Source: Candidatus Omnitrophota bacterium (lineage in GTDB: Bacteria; Omnitrophota; Gorgyraeia; Duberdicusellales; 4484-171). Taken from it: 64,000 nt of DNA. Positions 57,190 to 64,000 of this stretch are shown in pieces. Position numbers and translations under genes: made by a program. Numbering within the stretch: the stretch's first letter is position 1; each line of letters begins with the position of its first letter. Under the pieces are notes generated by a model, which saw nothing but the letters and a program-made list of their open reading frames with translations, was not told the DNA's origin and made no database searches. The stretch spans positions 12,471-76,470 of the forward strand of contig JAFGQU010000022.1 in NCBI GenBank assembly GCA_016935525.1. The letters run 5' to 3'.

Positions 57190-57759
57190 TTATTTCTTAA
57201 ATGGGAACCCAAAATATCGTAACAATTCACAAGCTTCCTCGTCGGTTTCGGCCGTGGTGCATATCGTGATATTCATCCCTTGAGTCCGTTCGATCCTATC
57301 GATGTCTATTTCGGGAAAGATCGACTGTTCGGTTATTCCGAAATTGTAATTCCCCTGATGGTCAAAACCGTGAGAAGAAAAACCACGGAAGTCACGAATA
57401 CGGGGGATGGCCGACACGATCAGCCGGTCAAGGAAATCATACATACGTAATCCCCGTAAGGTCACGCAACATCCGATTGCAAGACCTTTACGTAGCTTAA
57501 AATTTGAAATCGGTTTTTTTGCCCGGGTGATTTTCACTTTTTGCCCGGCGATTTTCGTAAGATCGGCGGCAGCTTTTTCTACCAGTTTTGCGTCACTGGT
57601 CGCCTGGCCGATCCCCATGTTGATCACGATCTTTTTCAATCGGGGAATCTGCATAGGATTGGCATAACCGAATTTTTCCTTCATCTGACCGACTATCGTA
57701 TCACGATAGATCTGCTTCAGACGCGGAACATATTTTTCTTTTAGATTTCCTTCTGGCAT
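57190..57759 (-). CDS. rplE: 50S ribosomal protein L5
   Basis: [20 protein letters not shown]. Confidence 0.98.
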   Translation of the reverse strand: MPEGNLKEKYVPRLKQIYRDTIVGQMKEKFGYANPMQIPRLKKIVINMGIGQATSDAKLVEKAAADLTKIAGQKVKITRAKKPISNFKLRKGLAIGCCVTLRGLRMYDFLDRLIVSAIPRIRDFRGFSSHGFDHQGNYNFGITEQSIFPEIDIDRIERTQGMNITICTTAETDEEACELLRYFGFPFKK

Positions 57760-58055
57760 CGCGAACAGACCCTCACTTTTCCTTTTTTATCGAGTAGTTT
57801 TGTATGAAACCGTACCCCTCGGTTACAATGGGAGCATAACAGCGCGATATTAGAGACCTGTATCGGTATCGGGATCTCTTTGATCCCTCCCGGATCAGCT
57901 TCTGACCGGCGGCGCATATGTTTTTTCACCAGGTTGACCCCTTCCACCAATACCGTGTTTTTCTTATAGTTCATTCTCAGGATCTTCCCGGTTTTATTTT
58001 TATCTTTTCCGGCAAGAACCATTATTTTATCGCCTTTTTTTAAGTGTAAACTCAT
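57741..58055 (-). CDS. rplX: 50S ribosomal protein L24
   Basis: KKGD...AGKDK.K.G, VEGVN. Confidence 0.96.
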   Translation of the reverse strand: MSLHLKKGDKIMVLAGKDKNKTGKILRMNYKKNTVLVEGVNLVKKHMRRRSEADPGGIKEIPIPIQVSNIALLCSHCNRGVRFHTKLLDKKGKVRVCSRCQKEI

Positions 58056-58057
58056 GA

Positions 58058-58423
58058 TTATATTACCTCTGGCGCCAATGAGAGAATTTTTGTAAATTTA
58101 TCCCGTAATTCCCGGGCAATCGGACCGAATACTCTTGTTGCGCGGGGATTTCCTTGTTTATCGATGATCACGCACGCATTTTTATCGAACGTGATCGCCA
58201 TGCCGTTTTTCCTCTTGATAGGAGCATGAGTGCGCACGATTACGGCCCGGACTACTTCCCCTTTTTTGACCTGGCCCCGGGGAATAGCTATTTTGACACT
58301 GGCAGTGATCACATCGCCAATATTGGCGCATTTCTTGTTTTTCTTACCGATAACGCCGATACAGGAAACCATTTTTGCTCCGCTATTATCGGCAACATCC
58401 AGTTTTGTCCGTAAATAGATCAT
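58058..58423 (-). CDS. rplN: 50S ribosomal protein L14
   Basis: [25 protein letters not shown]. Confidence 0.98.
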   Translation of the reverse strand: MIYLRTKLDVADNSGAKMVSCIGVIGKKNKKCANIGDVITASVKIAIPRGQVKKGEVVRAVIVRTHAPIKRKNGMAITFDKNACVIIDKQGNPRATRVFGPIARELRDKFTKILSLAPEVI

Positions 58424-58671
58424 TGGATCTTCTCCAATAAAAGAAACCGTTTTTCTTTAGAATAAGGGCGTGATTCGATGATCCGTACTTTATCACCGAC
58501 TTTGGCGATACTTTCGGGATCATGCACTTTATATTTCTTGGTATATTTCACCTGTTTCTGGTACATCGGATGAGCCATGCGTTGTTCGATCTCGACTACA
58601 ATGGTTTTCTGCATTTTATCGGAAATGACCACGCCTTCCATGATTCGTCTTTTTGTCTTAACTTCCTTCAT
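58420..58671 (-). CDS. rpsQ: 30S ribosomal protein S17
   Basis: [18 protein letters not shown]. Confidence 0.97.
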   Translation of the reverse strand: MKEVKTKRRIMEGVVISDKMQKTIVVEIEQRMAHPMYQKQVKYTKKYKVHDPESIAKVGDKVRIIESRPYSKEKRFLLLEKIQ

Positions 58672-58864
58672 TTTTCTTCTCCTTCAATAGAGTTAAAATA
58701 CGGGCGGCATCTTTCCTGAGTTGCACAAAAAGATGCGGTTTTTCCACATGAGCGATCTTTTTCTGGAACCCAAGCTCCATAAGGCGCTTACGGGTCTCTT
58801 CAAGTTTAGTAGTCAGTTCCTGAATTGATAATTGACGTAAATCTTTTATCTTCATGAGTGTCAA
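58658..58864 (-). CDS. rpmC: 50S ribosomal protein L29
   Basis: Operon position; [10 protein letters not shown]. Confidence 0.93.
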   Translation of the reverse strand: MTLMKIKDLRQLSIQELTTKLEETRKRLMELGFQKKIAHVEKPHLFVQLRKDAARILTLLKEKKNEGS

Positions 58865-59268
58865 CGCCTGGTTACAAACCGGGTTTTAAAAGGGAATTTA
58901 TACGCAATATTTTTAAAGGTTTCCCGGGCATATTCCTCCGGAACCCCGCCTAATTCAAAAAGGACGACTCCCCGTCTTATCAGCGCGACCCATTTATCTA
59001 CTTCGCCTTTCCCTTTCCCCATCCTTGATTCGGTAGGATGTTTGGTGATCGCTTTATCGGGAAAAATACGGATCCAGAGTTTTCCGCCCCGGCGCAACCG
59101 TCTGGTGATGATCACCCGCGCAGTTTCGATCTGCGTATTGGAAAGATACCCGCAGGTCAGGGCTTTTATACCGTACTCACCGAAAGAAACCGAAGATCCG
59201 GCTACAGCAAGGCCTTTTCTTCTGCCTCGCTGTGGTTTACGATATTTTACTCTTTTAGGTAGTAACAT
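58861..59268 (-). CDS. rplP: 50S ribosomal protein L16
   Basis: [18 protein letters not shown]. Confidence 0.98.
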   Translation of the reverse strand: MLLPKRVKYRKPQRGRRKGLAVAGSSVSFGEYGIKALTCGYLSNTQIETARVIITRRLRRGGKLWIRIFPDKAITKHPTESRMGKGKGEVDKWVALIRRGVVLFELGGVPEEYARETFKNIAYKFPFKTRFVTRR

Positions 59269-59278
59269 GGTTTAATCC

Positions 59279-59971
59279 TTACGAAGACTTCCCCGGACTA
59301 TTGGTTTCCTGGGGTGACTCAGGAATAAGATAATGCCCAAGATTTTTTATTCCTTTATATACCCACACTTTTACCCCGATCGTACCATATGTGGTACGGG
59401 CCACGGCAAATCCATAATCAATATCCGCACGAAAAGTCTGCAGGGGCACTTTACCGTATTTATATCTTTCGGTACGGGCGATTTCATGGCCGTCGAGCCG
59501 GCCGGATACGCTCATCTTTATTCCTTCACAACCCAGATTGATCGCCTGTTGAAGAGTCTTTTTCATTGCCCGGCGAAATCCCACCCGGCGAATAAGCTGA
59601 AAAGCGATATTTTCTGCCACCAACTGAGCCGATGTCCCCGGTTCCATAACCTCTTCGACATCGATCATAATCTCTTTTTTAGTTAATCTACCGATTTCTT
59701 CTTTTACCCGTTCTATATCCTGGCCCCGCCGGCCGATGATTACACCGGGACGAGAAGTCTTTATCCGGGCCCGGATAAGCGTAGGAGATACCCGTTCAAT
59801 AATAATACTGTCGATCGACCCGAACGAATAATTCCTTTTGATCAATTCCCGGATCTTTATGTCTTCTTCTAAAAAGTCGGCATATTCCCGTTTATTACTC
59901 GTAAACCATTTTGACTGCCAATCTTTTCCGAATCCGATCCGTACTACAAAGGGATGAACTTTTTGCCCCAT
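59279..59971 (-). CDS. rpsC: 30S ribosomal protein S3
   Basis: MGQKVHP, RPGVIIG, VPLQTFRADIDY. Confidence 0.98.
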   Translation of the reverse strand: MGQKVHPFVVRIGFGKDWQSKWFTSNKREYADFLEEDIKIRELIKRNYSFGSIDSIIIERVSPTLIRARIKTSRPGVIIGRRGQDIERVKEEIGRLTKKEIMIDVEEVMEPGTSAQLVAENIAFQLIRRVGFRRAMKKTLQQAINLGCEGIKMSVSGRLDGHEIARTERYKYGKVPLQTFRADIDYGFAVARTTYGTIGVKVWVYKGIKNLGHYLIPESPQETNSPGKSS

Positions 59972-59978
59972 ACTTCTC

Positions 59979-60377
59979 CTACTTTGTTTTTTTCTTTTTA
60001 ACCGTTGTTTTTTTAGGTTTCTGTTTTGTTTTTTGTCCCAATATTTCCGCCGACCCCAGCTCCACCAGAAGGTGCGAAGTCCGGCGGCGGATCATGGTTG
60101 CCCGGCCGAAACTTGCCGCGCGATAACGAGTGATCATCGGCCCATCATTTACCCGTAAGGTGAGCAGTTTCAATTGAGCTTCGTCATACCCTTTTTGTTT
60201 GGCGTTGGCGACCGCCGATGAGAGCGTCTTATTGACGAATTTCGCCCCTTTTTTATTTAAAGAGTGCAAAATAGCCTGTGCCTCAGGAAGTGTGCGGCGT
60301 TTTACCAGATCGATCACCTGTCTTAACTTCTGCGGCGATATTCTTAAATATTTTGTGAGAGCTTTTGCTACCATCAT
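59979..60377 (-). CDS. rplV: 50S ribosomal protein L22
   Basis: LRISPQKLR, SAVANA, RRTSH. Confidence 0.96.
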   Translation of the reverse strand: MMVAKALTKYLRISPQKLRQVIDLVKRRTLPEAQAILHSLNKKGAKFVNKTLSSAVANAKQKGYDEAQLKLLTLRVNDGPMITRYRAASFGRATMIRRRTSHLLVELGSAEILGQKTKQKPKKTTVKKKKTK

Positions 60378-60422
60378 GCATCCTGTAACGTGACACGCGT
60401 GCTGCGCAACACGTCGTAATTA

Positions 60423-60710
60423 TTATTTTTTCGCTATTGCTTTCTTTGCTTTAATACCGCCATGTTGACGGAATGTCCGGGTAGGGACAAATTCTCCTAA
60501 TCTATGTCCGACCATCCCTTCAGTCACATACACCGGGACGTGTTTCCTTCCGTCATGAACGGCAAAAGTCAATCCGACAAATTCGGGAGTGATCATACTG
60601 GCTCGAGCCCAGGTTTTAATCGGTTTTCTATCTCCGGAAGTCCGCGCTTTTTCGACTTTTTTCTGTAACTTAGGATATACGTAAGGACCTTTCTTTAATG
60701 ACCTGCTCAT
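60423..60710 (-). CDS. rpsS: 30S ribosomal protein S19
   Basis: [19 protein letters not shown]. Confidence 0.98.
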   Translation of the reverse strand: MSRSLKKGPYVYPKLQKKVEKARTSGDRKPIKTWARASMITPEFVGLTFAVHDGRKHVPVYVTEGMVGHRLGEFVPTRTFRQHGGIKAKKAIAKK

Positions 60711-61555
60711 TTCGATCCTTTCGTTTTTCTTCTTTTTATAATGTATTTATCACTTATACGATGAGGTTTTCTTGTCTTACCGCCTTTAGTCGGTTTTCCC
60801 CAGGGAGTGACCGGATGAGGGTTCCCCTGGCCGGCTTTTCCTTCGCCTCCGCCATGAGGATGATCTACGGGGTTCATCGCGACTCCGCGTACTTTCGGAC
60901 GACGTCCTAACCATCGTACCCGGCCGGCTTTTCCGTGAACACACGCGGCATGTTCTATATTTCCTACCTGTCCTACTGTTGCCCGGCAGGATAGCTTTAT
61001 TAACCGGATCTCTCCCGAAGGCATCCTGATCTGAGCAAACCCGCGTTCTTTAGCCATAAGCTGGGCGCTCGACCCGGCACTACGGATCAATTTGGCGCCT
61101 CGCCCGGGCTCTAACTCAAGATTATGGATTTCAGTACCCAAAGGCATATGTTCGAGTTTCATACAGTTACCCGGTTTAATGTCTATCTGGCTATCGGAGG
61201 CGCTCATCACCTGGTCTCCTACGTGTAACCCGTGAGGATGAATAATATACCGGCGTTCTTTATCGGAATATTCCACCAGGGCTATCCGGGCGCTGCGGTT
61301 GGGATCATACTCGATCGCAATAACGTTTCCTGAGGTATCGAATTTATCCCGTTTAAAATCAATATTTCGATAACGGCGTTTATGCCCGCCGCCGCGATGG
61401 CGCATCGTGACTCTTCCGTCGGTATTTCTCCCGCCGGTTCTTTTCACATGGCTGGTCAGAGATTTTTCCGGTTTACTTTTAGTGATCTCGGCAAAATCAG
61501 TAATGACCTTGTATCTCATCGTCGGCGTGATCGGTCTAAATTTCTTAAGTCCCAT
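60707..61555 (-). CDS. rplB: 50S ribosomal protein L2
   Basis: [25 protein letters not shown]. Confidence 0.98.
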   Translation of the reverse strand: MGLKKFRPITPTMRYKVITDFAEITKSKPEKSLTSHVKRTGGRNTDGRVTMRHRGGGHKRRYRNIDFKRDKFDTSGNVIAIEYDPNRSARIALVEYSDKERRYIIHPHGLHVGDQVMSASDSQIDIKPGNCMKLEHMPLGTEIHNLELEPGRGAKLIRSAGSSAQLMAKERGFAQIRMPSGEIRLIKLSCRATVGQVGNIEHAACVHGKAGRVRWLGRRPKVRGVAMNPVDHPHGGGEGKAGQGNPHPVTPWGKPTKGGKTRKPHRISDKYIIKRRKTKGSK

Positions 61556-61566
61556 ACGTTACCTCG

Positions 61567-61857
61567 TTATACAAACTTTATTTCTTGGCCTTCACGCAAA
61601 GTGACGACCGCTTTTTTCCAGGAAGCAGTCTTTCCTTCCTGTCCCCAACGTAACCTTTTCAGTTTACCTTTTTTATTAAGTACGTTCACTCTCGTTACTT
61701 TTACTTTATATATTTTTTCGACAGCCTTTTTTATTTCGATCTTATTGGCATCACCGGAAACCCTGAACGTATATTGCCGGTTCTGTCCGGCCATCGTCGC
61801 TTTTTCGGTGATATACGGAGATTGTATTATCGAATAAAACTCGCTCATTTCAGCCAC
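61567..61857 (-). CDS. rplW: 50S ribosomal protein L23
   Basis: ITEKA, ANKIEIK.AVE, WKKAVVTL. Confidence 0.97.
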   Translation of the reverse strand: MAEMSEFYSIIQSPYITEKATMAGQNRQYTFRVSGDANKIEIKKAVEKIYKVKVTRVNVLNKKGKLKRLRWGQEGKTASWKKAVVTLREGQEIKFV

Positions 61858-62489
61858 TTCTTTATTTTTTCTTCGATCTTCAAAAGGCTTTCTTTAGTAA
61901 ATACGATCTTCTCGCAATTGAGAGCCATGTACGTCGACAGATCATTTACCCGCGAAACGGTAAGGTTCGCGATATTACGCGAAGCGAACGCCAGGTTATC
62001 CGTAGGAGTATCGATGATAAATTTCACCTTAGTCTTTTCGACCTTTAGATTACGCAATATCTCGAAAAACCCTTTGGTCTTTTTACTATCCAGGACTATC
62101 TGGTCTATGACCATCAATTGTTCGTCGTTCAATTTAGAATTCAAAGCGCTTTTCAGCGCCATCGTCTTCATCCGTTGCGGGAACTTTTTAGTATATTTGT
62201 GCGGTTGAGGGCCAAAGGTTATCCCGCCCCCGCGCCATAATGGAGAACGGATCGACCCGACCCGGGCCCTCCCCGTTCCTTTTTGACGCCACGGTTTGAT
62301 CCCGCCGCCGGATACTTCACCGCGTCTTTTGGTTTTCGCGCATCCGGTCCGTTTATTTGCCAGATGACTGACCACCGCCTGGTTCAAAAGGTCATGATTC
62401 ACTTTCCCGTCAAACACTTTAGAATCAAGCGAATACTTTGAGATCTTTTTACCTTTTTGATTATAAATTTCTAATTCTTTCGTCTTCAT
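61845..62489 (-). CDS. rplD: 50S ribosomal protein L4
   Basis: KPWRQKGTGRAR.GS.RSP.WRGGG. Confidence 0.98.
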   Translation of the reverse strand: MKTKELEIYNQKGKKISKYSLDSKVFDGKVNHDLLNQAVVSHLANKRTGCAKTKRRGEVSGGGIKPWRQKGTGRARVGSIRSPLWRGGGITFGPQPHKYTKKFPQRMKTMALKSALNSKLNDEQLMVIDQIVLDSKKTKGFFEILRNLKVEKTKVKFIIDTPTDNLAFASRNIANLTVSRVNDLSTYMALNCEKIVFTKESLLKIEEKIKKWLK

Positions 62490-63109
62490 CGTTTACGCAC
62501 CGATACGACACCGCCGATACTTCCCGGAACAGCGCCTTTAATGAACAAAAGGTTATTTTCTGTATCTACTTTCACTATCTCTACCTTCCTTACGGTACGA
62601 TAGACATCACCCATGTGTCCCGGCATCTTAAGGCCTTTGATGATCCGGCCGGGAAAAGTATTTGCCCCGGCTGATCCCAGCCGGCGATGCATGGTGTGGC
62701 CATGAGTCCGCGGTTGGCCCCGCCAGCCATGGCGGCGGACACCGCCCTGAAACCCCCGGCCTTTCATTTTACCCTGGACATCGACTATTTCCGATTCCTG
62801 AAAAATGTCAATTCCGATCTCCTGAAGCGGCGCGATTTCAGCGTTCGGGTCGAAATCGACTTCACGTAATAACCGGTAAAAGGAGGTACCGAGTTTTTTG
62901 AAATATCCCTGTTGCGGTTTTTTTATCTTCTTCACCTTTTTTTCCGGCACTTTAAAACACCCGATCCGGACCTTTTCCTTTGTGGGATAGGTCACTTTCT
63001 CAAGTACACATGCTGGTTCGATCTCAAGGATGGTAACTCCGACCAGATCCCCTTCTTCGGTAAAGATCTGGGTCATCCCTAACTTTTTTCCATACAGTTC
63101 TTTTATCAT
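62486..63109 (-). CDS. rplC: 50S ribosomal protein L3
   Basis: KLGMTQIF, KGRGFQG, KMPGHMG, KGAVPG. Confidence 0.98.
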   Translation of the reverse strand: MIKELYGKKLGMTQIFTEEGDLVGVTILEIEPACVLEKVTYPTKEKVRIGCFKVPEKKVKKIKKPQQGYFKKLGTSFYRLLREVDFDPNAEIAPLQEIGIDIFQESEIVDVQGKMKGRGFQGGVRRHGWRGQPRTHGHTMHRRLGSAGANTFPGRIIKGLKMPGHMGDVYRTVRKVEIVKVDTENNLLFIKGAVPGSIGGVVSVRKR

Positions 63110-63196
63110 CTCAATATACCTATATTATTATATGCGTGAGGCGTGTAAAACCCCCTCACCCTACGTTTCATCGCTTTGATCACGCAAAACGCTTTT

Positions 63197-63505
63197 TTAA
63201 ACTTCCTGTTTTATCTCTACATTCACCCCGCTCGGTAGATTTAACTTACGTAATGCATCTATCGTCTTAGGGGTAGGACTGTCCAGGTCAATGATCCGTT
63301 TATGAACAGCCATCATAAATTGCTCTCGCGATTTTTTATCTATGTTCGTCGAACGGTTGACGGTATAGATCTTCTTTTTTGTAGGCAAAGGAATAGGGCC
63401 ATTCACTTTAGCTCCGGTTCTTAAAGCCACATCCACGATCTCACTCGTTGATTGGTCTAGAAGTCTGTGATCAAATGCTTTCAGTCGTATTCTTAGTTTG
63501 AGCAT
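63197..63505 (-). CDS. rpsJ: 30S ribosomal protein S10
   Basis: [22 protein letters not shown]. Confidence 0.98.
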   Translation of the reverse strand: MLKLRIRLKAFDHRLLDQSTSEIVDVALRTGAKVNGPIPLPTKKKIYTVNRSTNIDKKSREQFMMAVHKRIIDLDSPTPKTIDALRKLNLPSGVNVEIKQEV

Positions 63506-63541
63506 GAACCTATTCCTTCTCTCTACGATTCTTGAAGCAGA

Positions 63542-64000
63542 TTATTCGGTGATTTCGGTAACCACGCCGGCTCCGACTGTCCTTCCGCCTTCACGAATAG
63601 CAAATCTTAATTCTTTTTCAATTGCGACCGGCTGGATAAGTTCGACATCTACAGTCACGTTATCCCCCGGCATTACCATCTCTACTCCCTGAGGCAGTTT
63701 CATGGTACCAGTTACATCTGTGGTACGAAAATAGAATTGCGGACGGTATCCGCCGAAAAACGGCGTATGTCTTCCGCCTTCTTCTTTTTTCAAAGCGTAG
63801 ATCTGAGCTTTGAATTTTTTATGAGGAGTGATCGTTCCGGGATGACAAGCAACCATTCCTCTTTCCACATCGTCTTTTTCAATACCACGCAGAAGTAACC
63901 CTACGTTGTCGCCGGCCTGGCCTTCATCAAGAAGTTTACGAAACATTTCTACCCCGGTCACGACCGTCTTTTTCGGTTCTTCGGCAATACCGACTAACTG
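63542..64000 (-). CDS. tuf: Elongation factor Tu (C-terminal part; starts beyond the window)
   Basis: [39 protein letters not shown]. Confidence 0.98.
   Translation of the reverse strand, partial: QLVGIAEEPKKTVVTGVEMFRKLLDEGQAGDNVGLLLRGIEKDDVERGMVACHPGTITPHKKFKAQIYALKKEEGGRHTPFFGGYRPQFYFRTTDVTGTMKLPQGVEMVMPGDNVTVDVELIQPVAIEKELRFAIREGGRTVGAGVVTEITE

Noticed and set aside
1-64000. rRNA, tRNA, CRISPR, prophage or transposase genes
   Set aside because: None recognised by eye; a tRNAscan/Rfam run would be needed to exclude small RNAs

Overview
64 kb of a bacterial chromosome at about 45% GC by eye. Gene content (DUF2959, tandem ThyX, PilT, GS-III, no rpmD) suggests a PVC-superphylum lineage such as Omnitrophota; this is inference. 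Almost every gene is on the minus strand. From right to left: tuf (partial) and the S10-spc-alpha ribosomal cluster; aspC-leuC-pilT-leuD-icd-mdh-lpd; a response regulator/HD-GYP/glycolipid block; nfnAB; a roughly 20 kb nitrogen-assimilation region (FMN-type glutamate synthase, LhgO-like oxidase, an alternative sigma factor, porin-amtB-glnK-HTH-amtB-glnK, GS-III, GATase, Fis-HTH, gltBD); a radical SAM/DUF4130 DNA-repair pair; two aldolases, glnS, thyX, arsC, a GAF-ANTAR regulator, a fused arsenosugar-type glycosyltransferase and an unannotated U32 gene. The main candidate for a new system is a two-layer nitrogen regulon that can be read from the DNA. Four leaders carry ANTAR-type hairpins (AxxG loops) overlapping intrinsic terminators. 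The sigma-factor gene sits behind two such terminators. The amt and glnA operons share an identical bipartite motif, GGTTACCAAA-N12-TTACTTGTATA, placed like a promoter for that sigma. Together these suggest a GAF-ANTAR -> sigma -> targets coherent feed-forward loop in place of Ntr/GlnR control. Intergenic regions also carry many 7/8-mer inverted tandem repeats, two IS200/IS605-like miniature elements and an 87-bp structured tandem duplication.
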